NCBI GenBank assembly: GCA_963767925.1
Contig: CAVYGB010000002.1
Coordinates: 32,001-96,000, forward strand
Length of the DNA stretch: 64,000 nt
Reading direction: 5' to 3'
Source: an uncultured delta proteobacterium
Lineage (GTDB): Bacteria > Myxococcota_A > Polyangia > Fen-1088
Below, in pieces: positions 8,857-19,119 of the stretch (position 1 is the stretch's first letter; every line of letters starts with the position of its first letter). The notes below the pieces were generated by a model. The model did not search any database and had not been told where the DNA came from. It saw only the letters and a program-made list of their open reading frames with translations. Made by a program: the position numbers and the translations under genes.

Positions 8857-10311
8857 ATGAGAGGATCCGGGCGGGTGGTGGTGGCCCTGGGGGTGTGGGC
8901 GGTGGCGGGCGAGGCCTTCGCCCAGGGCCTGGAGGCGCAGCGGTTCGTGCCGGCGGCGGGCGCCGCCGGCGGGCTGCAGGTGGAGCGACCGGTGGTGCCG
9001 GCCCACCTGGCCTTCGGTATGGGCGCGTTCCTCAACTACGCCCGCGACACCGTGTCGGCGCCCGGCGCGGCCGGCGGCGGCGATAGCGTGTTCGCCCACG
9101 CCCTGGGGCTCGACCTGGTCGGCTCGCTGGGCCTGTACAACTTCGCCGAGATCGCCCTGCACCTGCCGCTGCAGATGTACCTGGGGGGCGAGACCCCGGC
9201 CGGCGCGGGCGGCAACCAGGCCGACGTCTGGAACGGCTTTCGCCTGGTGCCGAAGGTGAGCCTGGGCTGGATCGGCGATCCCCGCTCCGGGCTGGCCTTC
9301 GGCCTGGCGGCGCCGGTGGTGGTGCCGGCCGGCGGCGACGGCCGGCCGGGGCCCTCGGTGGAGCCGCGGCTGCTGGCGATGTTCTACGGCACGCGCTGGG
9401 CGGTGAACGCCTCGGGCGGCTACCGCTGGCGCCGGCAGGGCCCCACCGCGGTCCCCGACGAGCTGACGGTCGGGCTGGCCGGCACCTGGAAGCCGCCGGT
9501 GGAGGGGGACGTGCTCGAGGTCATCCTCGAGGTCAGCGGGTCCCGCCTGCTGACACCGGGCCCGGCCGCGGCGGCCCCGCCCAACCCGGTCGAGGCGCTG
9601 GGCGCCCTGGTGTGCAGCCCCCCGGGGATGCGCTTCTCGTTTTACGCCGGCGCTGGCGCCGGGCTGACGAACGGCCCCGGTATGCCCGACTTCCGGGTGC
9701 TGGGCGGCGTCCGCTACACCGTGGGGGTGCCCGAGCGGGGGCGCAGCCACGACAGCGACAGCGACGGCGTGCCGGACTACGCCGACCGCTGCCTGCGCGA
9801 GCCCGAGGACCTCGACGCCTTCCAGGACGAAGACGGCTGCCCGGAGGCGGATAACGACAAGGATGGGGTGGCCGACGACGACGACGAGTGCCCCGACGAC
9901 GCCGAGGAGCGCGGCGGCGATCGCGACGGCTGCCCCGACCGCCCGCGGGTGGTGATTCGCCGGGGCAAGATGGTCATCTACGGCAAGGTGCTGTTCCCGC
10001 TGGAGTCGGCCAACCTGCTGCCGCGCAACGGGGCGCTGATCGACGAGATGGCCCGGGCCCTCGAGGAGCACCCCGGCCTCCGCCGCGTCGAGATCGAAGG
10101 GCACACCGACAACAGCGGCGAAGGGGACTACAACGTCAAGCTAAGCCAGGAGCGGGCCGAGGTGGTCAAGCGGGCGCTCGAGCGGCGGGCGGTCGACGGC
10201 AAGCGCCTGGTGCCCCGGGGCTACGGCGAGCAGCGCCCGGTGGCGCCCAACGTGACCCGGGCCGGACGGGCCAAGAACCGGCGGGTGGAGTTCACGATCC
10301 TGCAGGACTGA
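8857..10311 (+). CDS. OmpA family protein with N-terminal beta-barrel and thrombospondin type-3 repeats
   Basis: DSDSDGVPDYADRC..EDLDAFQDEDGCP repeats; IEGHTDN..LSQERA..NRRVEF. Confidence 0.9.
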   Translation: MRGSGRVVVALGVWAVAGEAFAQGLEAQRFVPAAGAAGGLQVERPVVPAHLAFGMGAFLNYARDTVSAPGAAGGGDSVFAHALGLDLVGSLGLYNFAEIALHLPLQMYLGGETPAGAGGNQADVWNGFRLVPKVSLGWIGDPRSGLAFGLAAPVVVPAGGDGRPGPSVEPRLLAMFYGTRWAVNASGGYRWRRQGPTAVPDELTVGLAGTWKPPVEGDVLEVILEVSGSRLLTPGPAAAAPPNPVEALGALVCSPPGMRFSFYAGAGAGLTNGPGMPDFRVLGGVRYTVGVPERGRSHDSDSDGVPDYADRCLREPEDLDAFQDEDGCPEADNDKDGVADDDDECPDDAEERGGDRDGCPDRPRVVIRRGKMVIYGKVLFPLESANLLPRNGALIDEMARALEEHPGLRRVEIEGHTDNSGEGDYNVKLSQERAEVVKRALERRAVDGKRLVPRGYGEQRPVAPNVTRAGRAKNRRVEFTILQD

Positions 10312-10365
10312 AGCCGCGTTCCACCGACGGCGGCTCCCTGCCGGCCGGACGCAGCTTGCCGGGCG

Positions 10366-11514
10366 ATGGAGGTCGTGCAGGCGGGGCTGCTGCGCCAGGT
10401 GGCCGAGCGGACGGGGCACAAGCTCCCCTTTTCCTCCACGCGCGGGCGCATCGCCCTGCTGATCGGGGCGACCTTCCTGGTGCCGGCCCTGCTGGCGCTG
10501 CTGGGGGGCAGGCTGGGCGGGCCAGGCTGGACCTTCGGCCACGACGTGGCGGTGACCGTCCGCTTCCTGTGGGTGTTGCCCCTGCTGATCGCCCTCGAGC
10601 CGGCGGTCAACCGGGAGGTGCACCTCGCGGTCGTGGACTGGGCCCACAACGGCCTGGTGCCTCCCGAGCGGCGGCCGGCCTTCTTGCGCACGACCGGGCA
10701 CCTGCAGCGGCTGGCCCGGTCGTCCCTCGTCGGAGTCGCCACCCTGGTCGCCGCGGGGGCCCTCTCCTACCTCGAGACGCGGACCAAGCTGGCCCACTCG
10801 GGCGCGCACAACTGGATGTTCCACCCCGACGGCGCCGGCCGCCTGAACGCGGCCGGCTGGTGGTACGCGCTGGTCAGCGTGCCGCTGCTGTACGCCCAGC
10901 TGCTGCGCTGGCTCTGGCGGTTCGGCCTGTGGGCCGCGCTGCTGGCCCGCCTGGCCCTGCTGCCGCCGCGCCTGCTCGGCCTGCACCCCGACCGCATCGG
11001 GGGGCTCGACCGGGTACAGCGGGTGCACAACCTGTTCGCCGGGCTGCTGCTGGGGCTGGCCTCGCTGGCGGCGGCCGGGCTGGCCAACCAGCTCTTGCAC
11101 GGCGGGCTGACCGTGGCGGGCGCGCGGATGCCGGCCATCACCTTCCTGGTCATCGCCCTGATCGTGTTCCTGGGGCCCCTGGCCTTCTTCTCCCCCGCCC
11201 TGCTGATGGCCCGCCGGCGGGCCTCGGCCCTCTACGGCGACGTGTCCGACCGGCACAGCGCCGACTTCGAGGCCCTCTCCTGCCGGATCGCGACCACCGA
11301 TCCGGTGAGCGGCGGGCGCATCCCCGACGCCATCCTCGAGAACCAGTCCAACCTCGCCACCAGCTTCGACGTGTTGCGGGCGATGCACATGTCCCTCGTC
11401 AACCTGGAGAACCTCAAGCTGTTCGGGCTGGCGGCGGCGACGCCCCTGGCCCTGGCCTTTCTTGCTCGGCTCCCGCTGGCCGACGTGGTGAAGATGTTGC
11501 AGGTCCTCCTGTGA
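10366..11514 (+). CDS. Hypothetical multi-pass membrane protein
   Basis: Several TM segments, HPDRIGGL motif, coding-like codon bias. Confidence 0.65.
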   Translation: MEVVQAGLLRQVAERTGHKLPFSSTRGRIALLIGATFLVPALLALLGGRLGGPGWTFGHDVAVTVRFLWVLPLLIALEPAVNREVHLAVVDWAHNGLVPPERRPAFLRTTGHLQRLARSSLVGVATLVAAGALSYLETRTKLAHSGAHNWMFHPDGAGRLNAAGWWYALVSVPLLYAQLLRWLWRFGLWAALLARLALLPPRLLGLHPDRIGGLDRVQRVHNLFAGLLLGLASLAAAGLANQLLHGGLTVAGARMPAITFLVIALIVFLGPLAFFSPALLMARRRASALYGDVSDRHSADFEALSCRIATTDPVSGGRIPDAILENQSNLATSFDVLRAMHMSLVNLENLKLFGLAAATPLALAFLARLPLADVVKMLQVLL

Positions 11515-11536
11515 GGCGCGGCGGGCGCCCGGGCGC

Positions 11537-12847
11537 TCAGGATCGGGGACCGGCGCTGCGGCGGATGAACAGCCGGTCGTAGAGCGCCATCAGGATGGTC
11601 GAGCCGACGCCGATGGCCCCGACCACGTACCACATGCGCTGGGGCGCCGCCTGCCCGGGCCCGTGGATGTAGTGGGTGACGAGCTTGCCGCTGATGGCCC
11701 CGGCGATGAAGGTGCCGATGGCGATGGGCAGGAAGGCGAAGCCCATGTACGTGCCCACCTGCTCCTTGGGGGCCAGGTCGGCGACGTATTCGTAGTAGCG
11801 GGGCGCCTGCAGGGATTCGCCGAGGGCGAACACGACGATGGCGACGATGCACATGGTGAGAGTGGGGAAGGTCCCCATGATGAACCAGCAGGCGCTGGCC
11901 AGCACGAAGCCGAGGGTCATCGCCAGCAGGGGGGGCAGCTTCTTGGCCAGGGCGGCCATCGGCACGGTGATGAGGATGATGGTCCAGGCGTCGACCGTCT
12001 CGATGAGCTCGAAGCGGTCGAACTTCAGCACGTCGCGCACGTAAAACGGGAGCGAGTAGAAGATCTGCCAGAACATCACCCAGAAGCCGGAGAAGATGAC
12101 GAGGAACAGGACGAAGCGCAGGTTGCGGAAGACCAGCAACATGTCGCGCAGCACGCCGCCCATCGACTTGGGCGGGGGGGCGTCGGCGGGCCGGGGCGGC
12201 TCGCGGAAGAAGAGCAGCGTGCCCACCGCCAGCAGCAGGCTGGTCAGCGAGGACATCACCAGCACGTAGGAGATGCCGACGTTCTCCCGCACCTGCAGGG
12301 CCAGGATGGGGCCGATGGCGCCGCCCAGGTTCACCAGCGTGTAGTAGATGGAGTAGCCGAGCGACTTGGTCTCGGCGGTGGTGGTGCGGGCGACGGTCCC
12401 CACGATGGAGGGCTTGATCAGCGAGCCGCCGATGGCGGTGATCACGAGCGCCAGGATCATGTAGGTCCTGGCGCCCAGCGCGTCGACCAGGGGCTTTCCG
12501 GCGGGCAGCCCGCCCAGGCCGATCAGGAGGTAGCCCACGCAGAAGATCGAGAAGCAGGCCAGCAGGCTCTTCTTGAAGCCGTAGCGGTCGACGATGGTGC
12601 CGGCCAGCAGGGGCAGGAAATACAGCAGGGTATTGAAGAGGCTGCCCACCAGCACGCCGGCGCTCTCGGGGCCCAGGCCCACCTGCTCGGCCACGAAGAC
12701 GGCGAGGATGGCCTTCGAGCCGTAATAGGCGAAGCGCTCGAACAGCTCGAGGGTGTTGGCCACCCAGAAGCTGCGGGTGAAGCCCCGGCGGGCGGTGTGG
12801 AGAAAGTGGGCGAGCCCTCCGGGCGACCCGCTGGATGTCCCGTTCAT
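11537..12847 (-). CDS. MFS transporter, POT/PTR peptide transporter-like
   Basis: ELFERFAYYG motif, GYSIYYTLVNLGG, about 12 TM. Confidence 0.9.
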   Translation of the reverse strand: MNGTSSGSPGGLAHFLHTARRGFTRSFWVANTLELFERFAYYGSKAILAVFVAEQVGLGPESAGVLVGSLFNTLLYFLPLLAGTIVDRYGFKKSLLACFSIFCVGYLLIGLGGLPAGKPLVDALGARTYMILALVITAIGGSLIKPSIVGTVARTTTAETKSLGYSIYYTLVNLGGAIGPILALQVRENVGISYVLVMSSLTSLLLAVGTLLFFREPPRPADAPPPKSMGGVLRDMLLVFRNLRFVLFLVIFSGFWVMFWQIFYSLPFYVRDVLKFDRFELIETVDAWTIILITVPMAALAKKLPPLLAMTLGFVLASACWFIMGTFPTLTMCIVAIVVFALGESLQAPRYYEYVADLAPKEQVGTYMGFAFLPIAIGTFIAGAISGKLVTHYIHGPGQAAPQRMWYVVGAIGVGSTILMALYDRLFIRRSAGPRS

Positions 12848-14922
12848 GTGCTGGTGCCTCCCGGTTGATCCGCGGCGCTGGGCGGCGCGGGCTGGGTCTT
12901 CTGCAGGGGCAAGACGATCAGCAGCCAGGCGATGGCCGCCAGGGCCAGCAGGGAGGTCCAGGCCCCCGCCGGCCCCGCCACCCAGGCGAACCGCTCGACG
13001 CCGAAGAGCAGGTCGGTGATCGATCGAAACCCGTCGAAGGCGAGCACCAGCCCGGCGAACAGCACGCCGGTCAGCGACTCACCGGCGATGAGGCCGGAGG
13101 CCACCAGCGAGCCGAAGTTGTCGAACGACTCGCCGGAGCGCCCCCGCCGCCGGGCCAGGTGGTCGGCGACGGCCTTGAGGCAGCCGCCCACGAAGATGGC
13201 CCCGGTGGTCTCGAAGGGCAGGTACATCCCCACCGCGATCAGGGTCGGCGAGGGGGCGCGCATGAGGATGAGCGCCAGCGAGAAGCACATGCCGAACAGG
13301 ATGAGGCCCCAGGGCATCTCCCCGCCCACGATCCCCTGGGCGAGCTGGGCCATCAGGCCGGCCTGGGGCGCCGAGAGGGCCCGGTCGCCGATGCCGATGC
13401 CCCCTTGCTTGATGTTGGCGTCGTGCAGCCACAACATCGGGAAGACGAGCACGAAGGCGGTGGCGACGGTGGCGATGATCTCCGCCCACTCCATCTTGCG
13501 GGGGGTGCCGCCCAGCATGACCCCCACCTTGAGGTCCTGGATCAGGCTGCCCGAGACGCAGATCGCGCAGCAAACGACGGCGGCCACGCCCAGCACGGCG
13601 CCCACCCCCGCCAGCCCGGTCACCCCGAAGGCCACCATCAGCAGGGCGGCCAGGATGAGGGCCGAGAGGGTGAGGCCCGAGACCGGCTGGTTCGACCCGC
13701 CCACCAGGCCCACCAGGTACCCGCCGACCGCCGAGAGCAGAAAGCCCAGCACCAGCATCACGAGGGCGGCGACGACGGCGCTGCCGACGTGCCCGGTGAA
13801 GCGCCAGTACAGCCAGGCCATCGGCAGGCTCAGCCCGGCGATGCCCATCAGCAGCCCCCGCGCGTCGATGTCCTGCTCGAGGCGCGAAGGGGCGCCCTCG
13901 CCCCGGCCGGGGCCCCCCTTGCTCCGGAAGGCCCGGCGGAAGGCGGTGGCGATCGACGCGCGCATGCCCCACATCGTGTTGGCGGCGCCCACCAGCATGG
14001 CCCCGACCGCGATGGGGCGGACGATGTTGTACCAGACCGAGAAGATCACCTCGACCGTGTCGGGGGGCGCCCCGCCGGCGCCGTGGAGCTGGGCCGACAG
14101 GCCGGGGTTGACGAAGACGGCCACCGGGATGAACACCAGCCAGGCGAGCACCCCGCCCGAGAAGTTTATCGCCGCCAGCCGGAACCCGATGATGTAGCCG
14201 ACGCCGATCAGGGCGGGCGAGATCGAGGGGGTGGAGAAGGCGACCGCGCCGCCGTGGCGGACCTCGCCGAGGGGGGCCCGGGACGAGTCGAAGTGGCGGA
14301 TGAGCGAGGCGGGCAGCTCGCGCACCACCTCGATCGACTCGCGGAACAGCTTGAGGCCGGCCCCGTCCTTGAAGACCTGGATCAACATGCCGAGGCCCAT
14401 GGCCCCGAACACGTAGCGGGCCCCGGTCTCGCCAGCCTGCCCGGCCTTGACCACCGCGGCGCAGGCCTTGCTCTCGGGGAAGGGCAGGTCGGCGTCGACG
14501 GTGAGGGTCCGCCGCAGCAGGGTGATGAACAGGACGCCGAGGACGCCACCGATCAGCAGGATCAGGCAGGTCTGCCAGTAATCGAAGGAGGTCCAGAGCC
14601 GCTGCCCGTCGACCTGCACCAGCAAGAAGGCGGGGATGGTGAAGATGGCCCCCGCGGCCAGGGCCTCGCCCACCGTGCCGGCCGTACGGGCGATGTTCTG
14701 CTCGAGGACGTTGCCCCGGAAGAACGGCAGGCGGAAGGCGGCCATCGCCAGGATGGCGGCCGGGAAGGTGGCCGAGACGGTCTGGCCGGCCTTGAGGGCC
14801 AGGTAGGCGTTGGCGGCGCCCATCATCGCGGCGAGGACCAGCCCCAGCCCCACCGCCTTGACGGTGAGCTCGGGCAGGACCGTCGTGGCGGGCACGTAAG
14901 GCTTGGGCTCGTCCTTCATCAA
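12844..14922 (-). CDS. OPT family oligopeptide transporter
   Basis: ELTVKAV..NAYLALKAG, LPFPESKACA, SNQPVSG, QDLKVG, APQAGLMA. Confidence 0.92.
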   Translation of the reverse strand: MMKDEPKPYVPATTVLPELTVKAVGLGLVLAAMMGAANAYLALKAGQTVSATFPAAILAMAAFRLPFFRGNVLEQNIARTAGTVGEALAAGAIFTIPAFLLVQVDGQRLWTSFDYWQTCLILLIGGVLGVLFITLLRRTLTVDADLPFPESKACAAVVKAGQAGETGARYVFGAMGLGMLIQVFKDGAGLKLFRESIEVVRELPASLIRHFDSSRAPLGEVRHGGAVAFSTPSISPALIGVGYIIGFRLAAINFSGGVLAWLVFIPVAVFVNPGLSAQLHGAGGAPPDTVEVIFSVWYNIVRPIAVGAMLVGAANTMWGMRASIATAFRRAFRSKGGPGRGEGAPSRLEQDIDARGLLMGIAGLSLPMAWLYWRFTGHVGSAVVAALVMLVLGFLLSAVGGYLVGLVGGSNQPVSGLTLSALILAALLMVAFGVTGLAGVGAVLGVAAVVCCAICVSGSLIQDLKVGVMLGGTPRKMEWAEIIATVATAFVLVFPMLWLHDANIKQGGIGIGDRALSAPQAGLMAQLAQGIVGGEMPWGLILFGMCFSLALILMRAPSPTLIAVGMYLPFETTGAIFVGGCLKAVADHLARRRGRSGESFDNFGSLVASGLIAGESLTGVLFAGLVLAFDGFRSITDLLFGVERFAWVAGPAGAWTSLLALAAIAWLLIVLPLQKTQPAPPSAADQPGGTST

Positions 14923-14985
14923 AAGGGGGCCATCCTACCAGCGGCGGGGCCGCCGGCGCCAAGCCGGGTCGAACCGGGCGGCGTG

Positions 14986-16038
14986 CTACAGGGGGACGGT
15001 CCGGCAGCGGTTGGTGCAGCCGCCGGGGCCGCCGACGTTGCGGCCGGGGCCGAGGTCGCACTGCTCGTCGCCGACCTCCATGTAGCCGTCGCCGCAGTAG
15101 CGGTAGATCACGTTGCAACCCCGGTTGCAGCCGCCGGGGGTGATGGCCCAGACCTTGTCGTTGTTGGTGTTGCGCATCCCCTCGTCGCAGTGCTCGACCG
15201 CGTCGCGGAAGCCGTCGCCACAGAAGCCGACCTTGCGGCAGCTCCGGTTGCAGGCCGGACCGGTGCCGTACAGCATGTCGCTGCCCGTGTTCATCATGCC
15301 GGAGTCGCACTCCTCGTCCGGCAGGTCGGGGGTGCCGTCGCCGCAGCGGCGGACAATCTTCAGACAGGTGCTGGTGCAGCCGCCCCCCTGGAGGCTCCAG
15401 GTCTTGTCGCTGATGCTGTTCAGGGGGCCCTCGTCGCACTCCTCCTGCATGTGCGGGCGCCCGTCGCCGCAGAAGGGGGCGTCCGTGCAGGAGGCGGTGC
15501 AGGCGCCAGGGCCGTAGGCCTGGTCGCTGTTCTCGAGGCCGCGGTCGCAGATCTCGGGGGGCGAGACCATCTGGTCCCCGCAGAACAGGGTGATCCGGCG
15601 GCACAGCAGGTTGCACTGGCCGGCCTGGCCGTAGCGCCCTTCGGTCTCGGCGTTGCCCGGGCCGTCGTCGCACTCCTCGGCGGCGTTGATCGTGCCGTCT
15701 CCGCAGGTGGGGGCCCGCATGCAGTTGCTGAGGCACTGCCCGTTCCCGTAGGCGTCGGCCCGGTTGAGGGGCCCGAGGTCACACTGCTCGCCCGGATCGA
15801 GGGCGGCGTTGCCACAGCTCGGGGCCCGCGTCGGGGCCCGACCGGGCAAGCCGGACACGCCGGCGTCGGTCTCCGGCCCGCCGACCAGCGCACCGTCGGT
15901 GGTGAAGGCGCGGTCGACCGATTGGGGTCGCTCACACCCCGTCAGGGCCAGGTCGCAGATGACTGCGAACGCAAGCACTGGCGAGAAGACGGGAGCGAAC
16001 GAGGAGCGAGCAATAAAGTTCTCCGGGCACTTCGCCAT
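14986..16038 (-). CDS. Myxobacterial cysteine-rich repeat (DUF4215-like) lipoprotein
   Basis: Seven or so CGDG...E.CD.G..N repeats; LTGC lipobox; start approximate. Confidence 0.8.
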   Translation of the reverse strand: MAKCPENFIARSSFAPVFSPVLAFAVICDLALTGCERPQSVDRAFTTDGALVGGPETDAGVSGLPGRAPTRAPSCGNAALDPGEQCDLGPLNRADAYGNGQCLSNCMRAPTCGDGTINAAEECDDGPGNAETEGRYGQAGQCNLLCRRITLFCGDQMVSPPEICDRGLENSDQAYGPGACTASCTDAPFCGDGRPHMQEECDEGPLNSISDKTWSLQGGGCTSTCLKIVRRCGDGTPDLPDEECDSGMMNTGSDMLYGTGPACNRSCRKVGFCGDGFRDAVEHCDEGMRNTNNDKVWAITPGGCNRGCNVIYRYCGDGYMEVGDEQCDLGPGRNVGGPGGCTNRCRTVPL

Positions 16039-16252
16039 GGACCCTACCCCCTGGGGTGCCGAGCGCTGCCGCTCGAGGTGGAGCCGATCAGGAAGCCGGC
16101 ACGCTATCAGGGATCGGGGCCCCGAGGGTCGGATAAATCCCACATGCGCGTAACGGCACTCCAACCTGACGCACGCGGGGTAGGAACACGCAGATCTTGC
16201 TCGGGCGTGTTCCCGATCGCCGGGGGAGATCGTTACCGCTGCCGGCGGGCCG

Positions 16253-17317
16253 TCAGATGGCGAAGTCCTCGGCGAACACGCGGGCGTTGTCGAGGTCGAC
16301 CAGGACCGGGTCGCCGACCGCCAGGCGCATCTCCTCGAACTGCGGGCGGGGCATGTGCACCGCCACGATCTCGCCGCTGGGGATGGCGACGTCGAGCTTC
16401 ACGTACGAGCCGAGGCGGGCGATGCGCCGGACCCGACCGAGGGCCCGGTTGGCGCTGGGCTCGTCGTCGGCGCGCACGACGTGCACCTCGTGCGGGCGCA
16501 CGATGGCGCGCACGTTGGATCCGTCGGGGACGTCGGCCGGGACCGCCACCGAGGAGGCGCCCACCGCGGCCCGGCCGGCCTTGACCTCCGCCCGCAGCAC
16601 GTTGGCGGTGCCGACGAAGAAGGCCACGAAGGCGGTCCGGGGGTCGTCGTAGACCTCGCGGGGGCTGCCCACCTGGTGGACGTGCCCCTTGTCCATGACC
16701 ACGATCCGATCGGACAGCTCCAGGGCCTCCTCCTGATCGTGGGTGACGAGGATGGTGGTGACGTGGGTGGCCTGGTGCAGCTCGCGCAGCCAGGCGCGCA
16801 GCTCCGACCGGACGCGGGCGTCGAGGGCGCCGAAGGGCTCGTCGAGCAGCAGCACCTTGGGATAGGGGGCCAGGGCCCGGGCGAAGCCGACCCGCTGGCG
16901 CTGCCCGCCCGAGAGCTGGTGGGGGTAGCGGGCGCCGAGGCCGTCGAGCTGGACCATCTCCAGCAGCTCGGCCACCCGGTGGCGCACCTGATCGCCGCGC
17001 ACCCCCTGGGCCTCCAGCCCGAAGGCGATGTTCTCGCGCACGGTGAGCTGGTTGAAGAGGGCGAAGGTCTGGAACACGAACCCGAAGCGGCGCTTGCCGA
17101 TGGGGGTGCGGGTGATGTCCTGATCGGCCAGCAGGACGCGGCCCTCGTCGGCGCTCTCCAGGCCGGCGATGACCCGCAAGATGGTGGTCTTGCCCGAGCC
17201 GGAGGGGCCCAGCAAGGTGGTGACGCCGCCCGAGGGGGCCTCGAAGCTGGCCTCGAACACGGCGGGGGTGCCCTTGACGGTGAACCGCTTGGTGAGGCGG
17301 TCGATGACGACGTTCAT
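16253..17317 (-). CDS. cysA: Sulfate/thiosulfate ABC transporter ATP-binding protein
   Basis: GPSGSGKT, LSGGQRQR, LLLDEPFGALD, TOBE tail; operon position. Confidence 0.9.
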   Translation of the reverse strand: MNVVIDRLTKRFTVKGTPAVFEASFEAPSGGVTTLLGPSGSGKTTILRVIAGLESADEGRVLLADQDITRTPIGKRRFGFVFQTFALFNQLTVRENIAFGLEAQGVRGDQVRHRVAELLEMVQLDGLGARYPHQLSGGQRQRVGFARALAPYPKVLLLDEPFGALDARVRSELRAWLRELHQATHVTTILVTHDQEEALELSDRIVVMDKGHVHQVGSPREVYDDPRTAFVAFFVGTANVLRAEVKAGRAAVGASSVAVPADVPDGSNVRAIVRPHEVHVVRADDEPSANRALGRVRRIARLGSYVKLDVAIPSGEIVAVHMPRPQFEEMRLAVGDPVLVDLDNARVFAEDFAI

Positions 17318-18201
17318 GAGGCGGCCTCCTGGCGGTGCTCCACCAGCTTCTTGGCGATGAGGGTGGCGATGGCCAGCAGGGTGAGCAGGGAGGCCACCGC
17401 GAAGGCGCCCACGAAGTCGTATTCGTTGTAGAGGATCTCGACCTGCAGGGGCATGGTGTTGGTGCTGCCGCGGATGTGGCCCGACACGACCGAGACCGCC
17501 CCGAACTCGCCCATCGCCCGGGCGTTGCACAGGATGACGCCGTAGAGCAGGCCCCACTTGATCTTGGGGAGGGTGACCCGGAAGAAGATGCGCCAGCCGC
17601 CCGCCCCCAGGGTGAGGGCCGCCTCCTCCTCGTCGCTGCCGAGCGACTGCATGACCGGCAGGACCTCCCGGGCCACGAAGGGGAAGGTGACGAAGGTGGT
17701 GGCCAGCACGATGCCAGGGACGGCGAAGATGATCTTGATGTCGTGTTCGGACAGCCAGCCGCCCAGCAGGCCACGGGCCCCGAACAGCAGCACGAAGATC
17801 AGGCCCGAGATCACCGGCGACACCGAGAAGGGGATGTCGATCAGGGAGATGAGCAGGCTCTTGCCGGGGAAGCGGTACTTGGCGATCAGCCAGGCGGCCG
17901 CCACCCCGAAGACGGTGTTGAGCGGCACGACGATGGCGGCGGTCAGCAGGGTCAGCTTGATGGCCGCCCAGGTCTCCTCCTGCCAGAGCTTGCTGAAATA
18001 CTGGACCACCCCCCGCTCGAAGGCCTGGGCGAAGACCGAGGCGAGCGGCAGCACCACCACCAGGGTGAGGAAGAGCAGGCCGGCCCCGATCAGTAGATAG
18101 CGGACGTAGGCCGGCTCGGTGATGGTGCGGACGCGGGCCCGCCGCCGGATCTCGGGCGGCACCTCGACGACGCCGGGGACGGCGGCGGCTGGCCTAGGCA
18201 T
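17314..18201 (-). CDS. cysW: Sulfate ABC transporter permease
   Basis: DIPFSVSPVISG, CNARAMGEFGAVSVVSGHIRG. Confidence 0.93.
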   Translation of the reverse strand: MPRPAAAVPGVVEVPPEIRRRARVRTITEPAYVRYLLIGAGLLFLTLVVVLPLASVFAQAFERGVVQYFSKLWQEETWAAIKLTLLTAAIVVPLNTVFGVAAAWLIAKYRFPGKSLLISLIDIPFSVSPVISGLIFVLLFGARGLLGGWLSEHDIKIIFAVPGIVLATTFVTFPFVAREVLPVMQSLGSDEEEAALTLGAGGWRIFFRVTLPKIKWGLLYGVILCNARAMGEFGAVSVVSGHIRGSTNTMPLQVEILYNEYDFVGAFAVASLLTLLAIATLIAKKLVEHRQEAAS

Positions 18202-19069
18202 GGGTGCCTCGCCGGCGGCTCCAGCCCTGCAGCAGGTTGACGAGGAAGATGGTGGCGAACGAGCCGCTCAGCATCACCACCGCCAGGGCGGTGGCCTCGC
18301 TGTACTGGTACTGCTCGAGCTTGGTGACGATCAACAAGGGCACGATCTCGGTCTGCAGCGGCATGTTGCCGGAGATGAAGACGATGGAGCCGTATTCCCC
18401 GACCGCCCGGGCGAAGGCCAGGGCGAAGCCGGTCAACATCGGCGGCACCAGGGCCCGCAGGATCACCTTGCGGAAGGCGAACCAGCGCGAGGCGCCCAGC
18501 ACGGCGGCGGCCTCCTCGGCCTGGGGGTCGATCTCCATCAGCACCGGCTGCACCGTGCGCACGGCGAAGGGCAGGCCCACGAAGACCATCGCCACGATGA
18601 CGCCGAGGGGCGCGAAGGCGACCTTGATCCCGGAGGCCTCGAGCGAGCCGCCCAGCACGCCGTTGGGGGCGTAGATGGCGGTCAGGGCGATGCCGGCCAC
18701 CGCGGTGGGCAGGGCCAGCGGCAGATCGATGAGGGCGTCGACCAGGCTCTTGCCCACGAACTCGTAGCGGACGAGGATCCAGGCGAGCAGCAGGCCGGCC
18801 ACCGTGTTGATCCCGGCGGCCACCAGGGCCCCCCCGAAGCTGAGCTTGTAGGCGGCCAGCGCGCGGGGCGAGGAGACGGTGGCCCAGAACTCCGACCAGG
18901 TGAGCCCCGCCGCGGACACCACCATCGCCCCCAGCGGGATGAGCACGATCAGGGACAGGTAGAGCAGCGTGATGCCCAGGGTGGGGGTGAAGCCGGGCAA
19001 CACCCCCGGCCGCCACCCCCGGCGATAGAACGAAGCGCGGGCTTTCTGGGCGGCGGCGGGGGAGGACAT
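18194..19069 (-). CDS. cysT: Sulfate ABC transporter permease
   Basis: VLPGF..LYLSLIVLIPL, LPTAVAGIAL, FARAVGEYGS. Confidence 0.93.
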   Translation of the reverse strand: MSSPAAAQKARASFYRRGWRPGVLPGFTPTLGITLLYLSLIVLIPLGAMVVSAAGLTWSEFWATVSSPRALAAYKLSFGGALVAAGINTVAGLLLAWILVRYEFVGKSLVDALIDLPLALPTAVAGIALTAIYAPNGVLGGSLEASGIKVAFAPLGVIVAMVFVGLPFAVRTVQPVLMEIDPQAEEAAAVLGASRWFAFRKVILRALVPPMLTGFALAFARAVGEYGSIVFISGNMPLQTEIVPLLIVTKLEQYQYSEATALAVVMLSGSFATIFLVNLLQGWSRRRGTHA

Positions 19070-19119
19070 GGTGGGGCGGGGGTCGAGGGGCGGGGCGGAG
19101 GCCCCGCCGGGAGGCCACG

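Noticed and set aside
7630..10311. TraA/TraB kin-recognition pair
   Set aside because: The OmpA protein has a TraB-like architecture, but this is common in myxobacteria, and the upstream gene lacks TraA's Cys-rich repeats and MYXO-CTERM
12835..16584. 1249-aa and other long antisense ORFs (e.g. 44916-48179, 49965-52919)
   Set aside because: Shadow ORFs opposite or overlapping well-supported genes, as expected at very high GC
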